NCBI RefSeq assembly: GCF_001194135.2
Contig: NC_068983.1
Span: forward strand, 90,115,106-90,179,105
Length of the DNA stretch: 64,000 nt
Direction of reading: 5' to 3'
Source of the DNA: Octopus bimaculoides
Lineage: Eukaryota
Shown: positions 1 to 11,014 of the stretch, in pieces
Layout: each line of letters starts with the position of its first letter
Position numbering within the stretch: the stretch's first letter is position 1
The notes under the pieces: model-generated
What the model was told of the DNA's origin: nothing
Database searches by the model: none
The model's input: only the letters and a program-made list of their open reading frames with translations
Made by a program: the position numbers and the translations under genes

Positions 1-665
1 TGAGCAGAATTGAGCCATGCCAATTCACCAATGCAGGTCTCATTTCTTGCAAGTGAGCATACATTTCAGCGAGTTGATTACAGTAAACCTGTGCTGTAAT
101 GCTTCCAGAAAGCTGTAATGGACAACACCAATTGCAGACCACCAGACAGTCACCATAATCTTTTGCTGATGCAACTTTGGCTTTGGGAAATGTTTGAGGA
201 GATCTCATCATGATCAAGCCATTGACCTGATCATTTACGGTTATCATAAAGGATCCACTTTTTGTCACAAGTGATTATTCAGTCAAGAAAAGGATTATTG
301 GTGTTTCGCAAAAGAGCATCGAGCACACTTCAAAATGCCAAACTTCTTGATTTTCATTGAGCTCATGCGGTGCCTATTTATTGTGTAAGATAGTTGCAAT
401 ACCAGCACCAAATGTCTGGGACATTTCTCTGATACTTTGACGTGGGTTTTGTTCAACAATTGCTTTCAGTTGTTCATTGTCAAGACTGCATGACCATCCT
501 CTACCCTCTTCATCTTCAAGGCTCTCATCACTACTATGGAATTTCTGAAACCACCTTCATACTGTGCAATCACTTGTGGACCTCTCTCCCCATGCTCTGT
601 TGATATTGGCAGCAGTTTGGGAGATATTGTGCCCTAGCTTGAACTCATGCAAGAAAAGTAAGCAA
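1..665 (-). mobile_element. Decayed mariner (Hsmar1/SETMAR-like) transposase
   Basis: Minus-strand translation gives FLHEFKLGHNISQTAANINRAWGERSTSDCTV*RWFQKF, IITCDKKWILYDNRK and KPKLHQQKIMVTVWWSAIGVVHYSFL. These are mariner HTH and first catalytic-D motifs, with stops and frameshifts. Confidence 0.85.
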
Positions 666-1733
666 AGGTCCTTTTTTGTCGTGTTCATAATTAAGGGTAC
701 CTATGCTTCAAGAATGTTTTCTGTCTGAAATAAGTGGAAAATCATTAAAGAGCATACATCAATTATTAAGTATGTTGAAATTCACCGAAAATATTAATAA
801 AATACTATGATAAAATTGTGTTTCAAAACACAACACTTAGAGCAGCCATTATTTTCGGAACAACCAAATATATATATATATATATATATTATAATAATAA
901 TAATAATAGGGATAAAATCCAAAATAACAGGTAAAAACTCAATTAAAATCAATTTATTAAAAATTAAAATTAAATTAAGTTTCACAGTATAAAATATATA
1001 TAAATATATAGTTTTAGGGAAAAGAACCAAGGTTCATGAACTCATCGATGAAAATCCACTGTCACATCTAGAAAAATTAATANNNNNNNNNNNNNNNNNN
1101 NNNNNNNNNNNNNNNNNNNNNNNNNNNNNNNNNNNNNNNNNNNNNNNNNNNNNNNNNNNNNNNNNNNNNNNNNNNNNNNNNNNNNNNNNNNNNNNNNNNN
1201 NNNNNNNNNNNNNNNNNNNNNNNNNNNNNNNNNNNNNNNNNNNNNNNNNNNNNNNNNNNNNNNNNNNNNNNNNNNNNNNNNNNNNNNNNNNNNNNNNNNN
1301 NNNNNNNNNNNNNNNNNNNNNNNNNNNNNNNNNNNNNNNNNNNNNNNNNNNNNNNNNNNNNNNNNNNNNNNNNNNNNNNNNNNNNNNNNNNNNNNNNNNN
1401 NNNNNNNNNNNNNNNNNNNNNNNNNNNNNNNNNNNNNNNNNNNNNNNNNNNNNNNNNNNNNNNNNNNNNNNNNNNNNNNNNNNNNNNNNNNNNNNNNNCC
1501 AAATTTACTCATGAGGTTTTGTTGGCCCAAGGCTAAAGTAGAAGACACTCTTTAAAATATAGAGTTGAATTTCATGTAGCCACCTGTTGGTAGCTTTTCT
1601 CGCCTACCCATTTTGTAGAGGATGTTACCCATTTTTCTAGGCTCTTTTTGCAAAATTTGTATTAGTTTTTGTATGAAAAAAAAGAAAGGGAAGGGGGCTT
1701 GTTTGTAATTTGTATAGAAAACATTAAACATAC

Positions 1734-1764
1734 CTGAAAAATTACATGGTCTTCCCCCGCCCAA
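1734..1764 (-). CDS. Candidate exon 4 of unidentified minus-strand gene (WAGEDHVIFQ)
   Basis: Acceptor ttcttcatgtcttttAG and donor CAG|GTATGT. The 31-nt exon is phase-compatible with candidate exon 3. No homology recognised. Confidence 0.35.
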
Positions 1765-1793
1765 CTAAAAGACATGAAGAACTATGAAAGAAG

Positions 1794-2018
1794 TGAGTTG
1801 GCAGAAACGTTAGCATGCCGGGCGAAATGCTTAGCAGTATTTCGTCTGTCGTTACATTCTGAGTTAAAATTCCACTGAGATTGACTTTGCCTATCATCCT
1901 TTCGGGGTCAATAAATTAAGTGCCAGTTACACACTGGGGGCGATGTAATCAACTTAATCTCTTTGTATGTCCTTGTTTGTCCCCTCTATGTTTAGCCCCT
2001 TGTGGGCAATAAAGAAAT
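1794..2018 (+). mobile_element. SINE (family A) with 17-bp target-site duplication
   Basis: Head gagttggcagaaacgttagc...ttctgagttaaaattcc and A-rich tail aataaagaaat. Perfect direct repeat aagaactatgaaagaag at 1777-1793 and 2019-2035. Confidence 0.85.
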
Positions 2019-2294
2019 AAGAACTATGAAAGAAGGCGAATAAATACCAGGGATGGGGGAAAGAAGAGAGAACTAACAGTTACTTGTTCTAGAACTCCCA
2101 AAATAAAAATGTAAACACATCTTTTCATCTATTCATTACTAAATGTCTTTCCCTCTTCTTCATTGTTGAAAGTAAAGTAGTTAGAAAAGATCAATCATAT
2201 TTCAGAGTAATTGTCATTGTAAATGGCTGAGGCTTTCCTTTTGCTGTATCTATTGCTTCACTCCATTTCACTACGGTTAAGAGAGTGAAGGTTT

Positions 2295-2606
2295 GTGGGT
2301 CAGTGGTTAGGGGTATTCGGCTCACAATTGTAAACTCATGAGTATGATACCCTGCAGCATGCTGCGTTTTTGAGCACGGTACTCCACTTCACCTTGCTGC
2401 AGTCCACTCAGCTGGCAAAAATGAGTTGTAGCTGTAATTCAAAGGGTCAGTCTTGTCAAATTCTGTGTGAGGCTGAGTCTCCCTGAGAACCACCTTATGG
2501 TATGCATGTCTGTAGAGTACTCAGCCACTTTCACATTAATTTTATGAGCAGACAGTTTGCTGATCAAATAAACAGGGACCTTGTTGTTGTAACTGACAGA
2601 GTGACA
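2295..2606 (+). mobile_element. tRNA-headed SINE (family B), diverged
   Basis: A-box-like gtcagtggttag. The body tgtaattcaaaggg...gagaac...gtctgtagagtactcagccact is shared with 14977-15396 and 2926-3085. Confidence 0.7.
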
Positions 2607-2724
2607 TTTTTTTAAAAGTGTGAACGAAAAGGAAATGTTCCATATCGTAAGGCAAAAATGTCATGTGTTTAGTATAAGCAGTGAAAGCTAAGATGAAATA
2701 ATTGCTATTCCGTCATGTATTCAC

Positions 2725-2816
2725 CCTTGACTCATGCTCAGTTTGATAACAACAGCCTGCACATTGCTGTTTATCTGGGGACTTGGCCTCCAGATGTATG
2801 AGACCCTTAAATGCTG
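2725..2816 (-). CDS. Candidate exon 3 of unidentified minus-strand gene (QHLRVSYIWRPSPQINSNVQAVVIKLSMSQG)
   Basis: Acceptor tcctaacAG, weaker donor GG|GTGAAT. The 92-nt exon is open in phase 0 to phase 2 and lies in non-repetitive sequence. Confidence 0.35.
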
Positions 2817-2925
2817 CTGTTAGGACTTGATTAACACCCATAGTGACCCTAATAACCAAAAAGGTTTTCTTGCCCCTATATAGGACCTTTTTTCATTTTC
2901 TTCCAGCCACTTGAAGGTTTATCTT

Positions 2926-3085
2926 GGTCCAGTCCACTCAGCTGGCCAAAATGAGTTGTAGCTGTAATTGAAAGGGACCAGCCTTGTCATATTCTGTGTG
3001 AGGCTGAATCTCCCTGAAAACTACATTAATGATATGTATGTCTGTGGAGTACTGAGCCACTTGCGAGTTAATTTTATCCCCATGT
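2926..3085 (+). mobile_element. SINE family B body fragment
   Basis: cagtccactcagctggccaaaatgagttgtagctgtaatt... is near-identical to 2400-2540. Confidence 0.6.
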
Positions 3086-3174
3086 GGTAATGAAAAAAGA
3101 AAGTGACATCCAGTATTTGTTGTGTCTATGTATCTATGTATCAAATTTTTTTTGGATCTATGTAATTACTGTTT

Positions 3175-3318
3175 CTCTCACTTTCTCTCTTTCTCTTTCA
3201 CTTCCTCTGTGTTCTCCTCTCTCCTGCTTTTAATTTACCAATGTGTGTATGTATCTATGTATCTAAACAAATGCTGTCACCACTCACTGTCTCTTTTACT
3301 CTCTCTATCTTCATCTCA

Positions 3319-3356
<38 letters not shown>

Positions 3357-3600
3357 CTCTCTTTCTTTCTCTCATACTTCCTCTCTGAAACATTTAAAAG
3401 CACAAAACGAATGCCTGCCGTCACCACTCACTGTCTCTTTCACTCTCTCTCTCTCTCTCACTATCTCTCTCTCACTATCTCTCTCTCACTATTTCTCTCT
3501 TTCTCTTTCACTCTCTCTCTTTCTCTCTCTCTCTTTCTCTCTCACTCTCTCTCTTTCTTCCTCTCTGTCCCCCTCTCTCTCACTTTGCCACTCACTTCTT
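3175..3600. repeat. (CT)n-rich microsatellite with internal duplication
   Basis: Long CT runs. gtcaccactcactgtctcttt occurs twice (about 3277 and 3420). Confidence 0.9.
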
Positions 3601-3659
3601 TGAAGTAAGTGTGACACACATGATAGGTACATACAAAAAGAATAAATTGGCATATTAAT

Positions 3660-4020
3660 ATTATTGATACAATTATAGCACAAGGGAGTGCATAGACACA
3701 CTAACATGCTTGAAATAGATGTATTATTTTACTCCGTTAGCACAGGTTGAAAGCGGGCTGGTGAATCAATCAAATATCAAAAGATAGGTTTGGCATCCCA
3801 TACTGACGACAGCACAGGGAATTTGCTTCCCTTAGCCAGAAATCGATCATCAATCTATGGGTAACCTTTCTTTTGATATTTGATTGATTCACCAGCCCGC
3901 TTTCAACCTGTGCTAACGGAGTAAAACAATACGTGGTTTATAGAGCTTTCAGTGTCTATTTCAAGCATGTTGGTGCGTCTACTCACATCCTTGTGCAATA
4001 ATTATATCTATATAATTATA
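3660..4020. repeat. Fold-back inverted repeat (arms about 3660-3790 and 3863-4020)
   Basis: 3721-3790 is the reverse complement of 3863-3932 with 2 mismatches in 70 nt. Pairing continues outward (tgcttgaaataga / tctatttcaagca) past a ~24-nt asymmetric insert. Confidence 0.9.
3797..3861 (+). ncRNA. Type I hammerhead ribozyme motif HH1
   Basis: cccata-CTGACGA-[stem II agggaa/ttccct]-GAAA-tcgatcatcaa-TC-tatggg. Stem I is a perfect 6 bp; predicted cleavage is after 3855. Confidence 0.7.
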
Positions 4021-4357
4021 TATCAGTATTTTTAGATATATAAATTCCATACCCTAAACCAATACCAACTGTTTACCTGTTCATTCTTTCTTTCTACTGT
4101 GTGTATTTGTGTGTGTGTGTGTGTGTGTGTGTGTACTCCTGAATACATACCAAACATCCTGCCTCATTAATGGATTTGTGAACTACTATAAATGCATGCA
4201 TCATACCAATACCATCTTTCCACACACCATCATACCAACACTATCCTGCCACATACAGTTGCGAAATGTACATATTATAATACTGTAAGGTAATATGTAA
4301 CCTGATGAGGTTTCTTCTGTACTGTAATGTGCATTCAATTCAATTATATCGTTTCCC

Positions 4358-4392
<35 letters not shown>

Positions 4393-4807
4393 TGTATGTA
4401 TGTATGTATGTATGTATATATANNNNNNNNNNNNNNNNNNNNNNNNNNNNNNNNNNNNNNNNNNNNNNNNNNNNNNNNNNNNNNNNNNNNNNNNNNNNNN
4501 NNNNNNNNNNNNNNNNNNNNNNNNNNNNNNNNNNNNNNNNNNNNNNNNNNNNNNNNNNNNNNNNNNNNNNNNNNNNNNNNNNNNNNNNNNNNNNNNNNNN
4601 NNNNNNNNNNNNNAAAGAACTATAATAAAATACAAAGTAATAAACATTAAGATAATAAAACGACTACACGTGTTTCATAACCAAATTTTCAAATAGAAAA
4701 TAAAATAAAATAAAATCGATTAAAATAAATCAATCGAAAATCAATTCTATTCAAAAATATAGCTAATCTTCGGGTCAAAATACAACAATAATAATAATGA
4801 AATCAAT

Positions 4808-5990
4808 GTATATATATCAACCAACAATAAATAACAAATGAATTTATATAAAAATACTTATTATATCAAGAAGTAAAAGTACTTATTTTACTAATAAATA
4901 AAAGAAAAATATTTAACGATATTATACTTATCAAAGCTTTAGTTTAAACTAAAATGTTAAATGTTATACTATTAACATATCGTTTATTAGAATATCAGAT
5001 AACAATATATAACAAATGAATTTCTATAAAAATACTTATTTTACCAATAAATAAAAGAAAAATGTTCAGCAATATTATTAAAAATAAATGTAATACTTAT
5101 CTTATCGAAGTTTTAGGTTAAACTAAAATCATAAACGTGACATTATTAACTTTACGTTTATTAGAATATAAAGTAACAGAAATATTAAATGAATTTATAT
5201 AAAAATATTTATTTCACCAATAAATAAAAGAAAAACATTTAACAATATTATTGAAAATAAATGCAAAGCTTATCTTAACGAATCTTTCGTTTAAAATACA
5301 GTTTAAACGTTATACTATTAACTTAGCGTTTTACTAGAATATAAACTTACAATACATGAACTTATATAAAAATACTTATTCTACCAATAAATCAAAGAGA
5401 AATATTAAACAATATTATTGAAAAAATGCAACACTAATCTTATTGCAGTTTTGGTTGAAACTAAGATGTTAAACGTTATGCTATTAACTTAGTGTTAAAT
5501 AGTATATCAACTAACAATAAATAACAAGTGAATTTATATAAAAATACTTATTTTATCAATAAATAAAAGAAAAACATTTAACAATAATATTGAAAAAATA
5601 AATGCAATATTTATCTTATCGAAGTTTTAGGTTAAACTAAAATTATAAATGTTACATTATTAACTTTACGTTTATTAGAATATAAACTAACAAAAATAAT
5701 AAATTAATTTATATAAAAATATTTATATCACCAATAAATAAAAGAAAAACATTTAACAAAATTATTGAAAAGAAATGCAAAGCTTATCTAATCGAATCTT
5801 TAGTTTAAATAAAATTTTTAATGTTATACTATTAACTTAACCTTAATTAGAATCTTAACTAATGATAAATGAAATTATATAAAAATACTTATTTTACCAA
5901 TAAATCAAAAAGAAACATTAAACAATATTACTGAAAATAAATGCAACACTAATCTAATTGAAGTTTTGGTTTAAACTCAAATGGTAAATG
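4808..5990. repeat. AT-rich satellite, about 7 monomers of ~171 bp
   Basis: The anchor aaatgaatttatataaaaatacttatt (and variants) recurs at about 4836, 5014, 5187, 5354, 5526, 5701 and 5867. Confidence 0.9.
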
Positions 5991-5992
5991 AA

Positions 5993-6815
5993 ATATTAAT
6001 TATAATAAAAGGGTAAAATCAATAATAATTTTACCAGGTGGTCAGTGTGGAAATAAAAACCTCATAGGTAAATTTTACAAAATATTTTATAATTATTTAT
6101 GCCTCACCATGCACTGCAAGCAAAAGAAAAATAATGAATCAACAAGGTTTGGTTAACTGCATACAGGATCGTGTTTCAAGCATAAAGTAAAAAATATTTT
6201 AACTATTGCTCTCATCAGCAACAGTATTCCATAGTATAAATTTACAAGTATCTCAAAATATGCAAGCGATCGGCGACATCACATGACCAATATTCATCTG
6301 TAAAAATATGCTGCCAAGTAGAATTCACATTTTTCTTTTATACCCATGTGTAGTGTATTAAGATCTAGACTGCAGTAAATACAGTTTCGATCATGGAGTA
6401 AATTTATTCAAATATTAATTATAATAAAAGAGTAAAATCAATAATAATTTTACTAGGTGTACAGTTTGGAAATAAAAACCTCATAGGTAAATTTTACAAA
6501 ATATTTTATAATTATATACATAATTATAACAAGGGATCGGCTTTATGCCTCACCATGCACTGCAAGAAATAGAGGCTATAGGCCCCTCTTACCACCTTAA
6601 AATCTTGCGGAGATTTAAGCTTGAAACACGATCTTGTATGCAGTTAACCGAACTTTGTTGATTCATTATTTTTCTTTTGCTCGCCTACAATATAGTGTTA
6701 TTCTTGGAGATTTTAAGGTGGTAATAAAGGCTTTAGTGTCTATTTCTTAAAGTGCATGGTGAGGTGTAAAGCCAATCCCTTGTTACAATTATGTATATAA
6801 TTATAAAATATTTTA
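5993..6815. repeat. Complex direct plus inverted repeat, PLE-LTR-like
   Basis: Direct repeats at about 5993-6102 and 6413-6516. 6117-6181 is inverted at 6619-6683. Hairpin arms at about 6499-6606 and 6706-6815. Confidence 0.85.
6156..6226 (-). ncRNA. Type I hammerhead ribozyme motif HH2
   Basis: actgttg-CTGATGA-gagca...aaaaatattttt...tgctt-GAAA-cacgatcctg-TA-tgcagt. Long stem II, near-palindromic stem III, GUA triplet. Confidence 0.7.
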
Positions 6816-7222
6816 TATATATATATATCAACAAAGAGCTATGCTCAAAATGATAACAACTCTCTCCTTTCACCAAGTATCAAATTAATATGTGCATGTC
6901 CTCGCGTTTGATTTTTTATCTTTTTTTCTGTTTTTTAATTGTTTGTTCTTTGAATTGACTTATTTATATACATAAGTCATGTAAAAGGCCATAAGTCAGG
7001 AAAATGATGCACTTTTCTATCTGTCAATAGAGTGGATTTACTGTCTGAAGTGTACAGTATCTTATATGCATCATGGCTGATAGTGACTGCAATCGCCATA
7101 TTTTATTCCATATTGGCTACCTCTGATGCACATAGGGTTATATAATCGGATTGTTACCTAGCACTCCACCGTACCCCTAGCGTGAGACCTACCATGATAG
7201 ATATATAATACTGTACACTTTG

Positions 7223-7321
<99 letters not shown>

Positions 7322-7564
7322 CACACTGTATCAAGCAAAAGTCTTTAGCCACTTTAAATTATTGTTTTAATTCTTAAATTATTGTATTTAAATTATTAGT
7401 AGAATTTAAAAACTTCTACTAATTGCCAACTTATAAGTGGATGTTCCGCATTGCATTTTTTACAGATGAAACATTGACCCTGTTGTAGTCATTTACCTAG
7501 TCATTATATTTTGTAGAAGGGTTTCTGAATGAGAGGGGATGATGCAAGATGACCACCAAAAAAG

Positions 7565-8149
7565 ACTGTGCAAAAGTTTTTGACCACCAATCAAGATACA
7601 GTGTTTTAAAACAGAAAAATGTCTATAATGAAAATTTATTACATAATGTTCATTTGAAGAAGTTGCTGTACATTGTTAATATTTCATGTGGCTTCCCTTA
7701 ACTTGAATAATTGATTCAATGCACCTGGGAAGAGATACGTACAAATCCTTCACCCTCTTCACAGGTGAGACGCCATTCTCTGTGACTGAGTTTCCACAAC
7801 TCTTCAAGATTGCATGGATTCTTCTGACGAACTCTTCTCTTTAGTTCTGTCCATATTTGCTCAATGATATGAAAGTCAGGGTTCTGAGCTGCTCAATCTT
7901 TCAATGCCAGACTCTGTTGTGTTACATTCGATCTGTAGCATGGAGCTCTGACATGCTGAAAAATATCACCTTCATCCTAGTCTGGTATTAAATTGTCCTT
8001 CAGCAACTGGATGTATTTGGCACTTTCCAAGTTACTGTCAATTTTAACCAAATCTCTTGAACCATCACTTTTTATGCATCCCCAAAGCATCAGACACTTA
8101 CCCCAAACTTCACTGTTTATATCATGTAACATGGGTTGTTTTGCTTTCT
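7565..8149 (-). mobile_element. Tc1 transposase remnant with TIR-like end
   Basis: Translates to LMLWGCIKSDGSRDLVKIDSNLESAKYIQLLKDNL and DFHIIEQIWTELKRRVRQKNPCNLEELW. End actgtgcaaaagttttt at 7565. Confidence 0.8.
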
Positions 8150-8178
8150 AATAAGTGAGAATTTGTCAGAAGACCTCC

Positions 8179-8455
8179 AGGAAGTGAAACAACCCACATT
8201 GCATGACATAAACAGTGAAGTTTGAGGGTAAGAGTTTAATGCTTTGAGGATACATAAAAAGTGATGGTTCAAGAAAATTGTATAAAATTGATGGTAACTT
8301 GAATAGTACCAAATACATCCAGTTGCTGAAGGACAATTTCATACCAGACTTGGATAAAGGCGATTTTTCAGTATGATGGAACTCCATGCCACAGATCGCA
8401 TGCAACACAACAGAGTTTGACTGATGTAAGTGTTACCATATTGAAAGATTGGCCA
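8179..8455 (+). mobile_element. Inverted second copy of the same Tc1 transposase segment
   Basis: cataaacagtgaagttt...aaaaagtgatggttcaag...aaatacatccagttgctgaaggacaattt matches the reverse complement of 7891-8149. Confidence 0.8.
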
Positions 8456-8998
8456 CAATAATGTTTACAACTCATCTTTTTCCAGAGAACATTATTCTCC
8501 TGCCTGTATTCTACCTTTACTGTTTATTCTTCTATTTTATTCCTTATAAACTGTGAATCTATTTTATTCCTTGTAAACTGTAAATTTTCCATCGAAAATT
8601 TTCATACCTTGTCTCTGATGACAGAACACCCAGTGCATGGACATGCTAACTTACCACTTGGGTTAAGCTAGAAACAGTTGTAAGACTTCAAATTCCCCTT
8701 ATATCCTAATTAAATTATTCTAAATGCCTTGAGATACATGTTCTGCCTTGGTTTTGCTTTTTCCTCTAATATAATATATACCTGCTATAACGGAACCCTA
8801 ATACAGATCCCTAGATCCAGCCTCAGCTGTGGGCTTGGAACCTCACAGATGACTATCTATTCATACCTATTCATTTAGATCACAAGTGAACTAAACCCCT
8901 CATATTATCCATCCATCCATCCATCTATATATATATATATATCCAATTCTTCATTCTACAGCTTTGGTCTGTGGTGATTCTGAGGAATCATTACTCAC

Positions 8999-9086
8999 TA
9001 GCCCAATTTCTGTTGGTCTGTGGTATATTTCAGTGTAATTCAGTGGTTTACTTGAGGATTTAGCTTCTCTCTCCAGCAAGTGCCCT
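8999..9086 (-). CDS. Candidate exon 2 of unidentified minus-strand gene (GHLLEREAKSSSKPLNYTEIYHRPTEIGL)
   Basis: Acceptor gcaacAG and strong donor CTA|GTGAGT. The 88-nt exon starts in phase 2, matching exon 1, and ends in phase 0. Confidence 0.5.
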
Positions 9087-9131
9087 CTGTTGCAATTATA
9101 CTTAACTATAATTATAAACTTTATATACATA

Positions 9132-10205
9132 CAGGGGTTGGACAAAATAATGGAAGCACCTTAAAATTTCAAATTTATTTTAATATGGGGTAGGACCGCC
9201 TGTGGCAGTAATTACAGCTTGAATTCTATGAGGTATGAACTTGTACAAAGTTTGAATTGTTTCCAAAGGAATTTTTGTCCATTCTTCATCTAAAACAGTC
9301 TCCAGTTCTTGTAGTGATGATGGTGGAGGATATCGACTCCTTACTTGTTTTTCTAAAATGCACCATAAATGNNNNNNNNNNTATGAAGGGAAACCATTGG
9401 GCTGGCGGATTTCCAAGATATAGCACCCCTAGATTATCTCAGATCCTCCTCCATGTTTAACAGTTGGAAGAAGGCAGTCTGGGTCAAATGCTTCTTTTGG
9501 CTGTCTCCACATGTATACTCAGCTGGTGGTCGGAAATAAGGTAAAGGATGACTCGTCTGAGAAAATAACATTCTTCCACTGTTCTAGGGACCAATTCTGT
9601 AAGTTTTTATTCCACTCTAAACGCTTTGCAATGTTTGTTTTTGAAAGTAGTAGCTTTCTGATAGCCCTCCCATGAAATCCGGCTTTGTGCAGCTCCTGGC
9701 AAACAGTTTTTGTGGAAACTGGGTTCTCGAGGTGGTCATTAAGTTCTGCAGTAATTTTGGGAGCTGTACTTTTGTGATCCATCCTAACAATTCGCGTAAG
9801 AGTCTGACAGTCCCTATCTGAAAATTTTGATTTTCTTCCAGAGTTTTGTTTTGACAAGGAGGTTTTTCCCTCTTTCTCAAATGCTGTCATTACTTTTGAG
9901 ACAGTACTTCTTGATACACCAAAAATTTTGGCTGTTTTTGTTACGCTAGTGCCTGCCATACGAGCACCAACAATTTGACCTCTTTGAAAGTCTGATAGAT
10001 CTGTCATTTTAATGAATTTTAATTACCTTTTTCTGATGAAATCTGAAAATAAACAGCAATTTTAGCAAAACATATTAAGCAACACTAATAATAAATCAAA
10101 AAACATAAAACTAAACAAGCTTTTGATAGGTTTTATAGACATTTCAAAATTATGATGCTATGATGCTATGATGCTGGGTGTTTCCATTATTTTGTCCAAC
10201 CCTTG
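9132..10205 (-). mobile_element. Near full-length Tc1 element
   Basis: 29-bp TIRs (caggggttggacaaaataatggaagcacc, 2 mismatches) with TA at both flanks. ORF 9519-10007 has a paired-like HTH and VIFSDESSF; C-terminus IQAVITATGGPTPY. Stops are present and an N gap lies in the DDE region. Confidence 0.95.
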
Positions 10206-10209
10206 TATA

Positions 10210-10385
10210 TACATACATATACTTGAAATTTACAGAAAAACAAAAGACGAAGACAGGTGTATGAACAACAAGCAGGTGTATTAGTTTGATGCTCGGGAAA
10301 GTGAGAATGTCTTTTATGTTTTGAGCCTACGCTCTTCAACAGAAAGGAAAAAGAGAAAATAAACAGAGAGAGAATAAGAAAACCT
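10210..10385 (-). repeat. Dispersed repeat with hammerhead-like fold (copy 1)
   Basis: ccttt-CTGTTGA-a-gagc-gtag-gctc-AAAA-ca-TA-aaagac at 10347-10309. Downstream aaactaatacacctgcttgttgtt is similar to 55990-56030. Confidence 0.6.
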
Positions 10386-10408
10386 ATAGATTTAGCAGTC
10401 GAGCATGG

Positions 10409-10491
<83 letters not shown>

Positions 10492-10736
10492 TATATATAT
10501 ATATATACACAGTAATCCTTTGACTATCGCAGTTGTTATGTTCCAAATCCTTCCACAGAAATAATTAAAATCTAAAAAAATATAAATACCTATTGGCTGC
10601 AGTAACCCGGATATATTGAGGAGTATGCGATATAAATTTACATATATTAACCATAAAAATCTGCAATGTACTGAGTGTGCAATAGGTGAACTGTGATATG
10701 GCGAGGAATTACTCTATGTATATATACATATATATC

Positions 10737-10884
10737 ATCATCATCATCATCATCATCATTTAACGTCTGTTGTCCATGCTGGCAGGGGGTTGGATGGTTT
10801 GATTGGGTTGGCATGCTGGAAGGCTGCACCAGACTCCAGTCTGATTTGGCTTGGTTTTCTATGGCTGGATGCCCTTCCTAATGC

Positions 10885-10885
<1 letters not shown>
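10737..10885 (-). mobile_element. RTE LINE 3' end or derived SINE with (GAT)n tail
   Basis: (cat)n-ttaacgtc...ccatgctggc...ggctggatgcccttcctaatgcca matches the 3' UTR of the 24495 element. Confidence 0.8.
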
Positions 10886-10942
<57 letters not shown>

Positions 10943-10950
10943 TACATACA

Positions 10951-10986
<36 letters not shown>

Positions 10987-11014
10987 CATATGCTATCATA
11001 AGGCCTTTTCATAG

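Noticed and set aside
4261-4310. GAAA...9-bp hairpin...CTGATGAG, a permuted hammerhead-like arrangement
   Set aside because: The helix is offset 4 nt from the core and no stem II partner exists; probably chance.
4808-5990. CRISPR array or primate alpha-satellite homology
   Set aside because: There are no unique spacers, and the 171-bp length alone is not evidence of homology.
8655-8870. Donor-like sites on - (gtg|gtaagt, cag|gtatat) as extra exons
   Set aside because: The frames tested from nearby acceptors contain stops.
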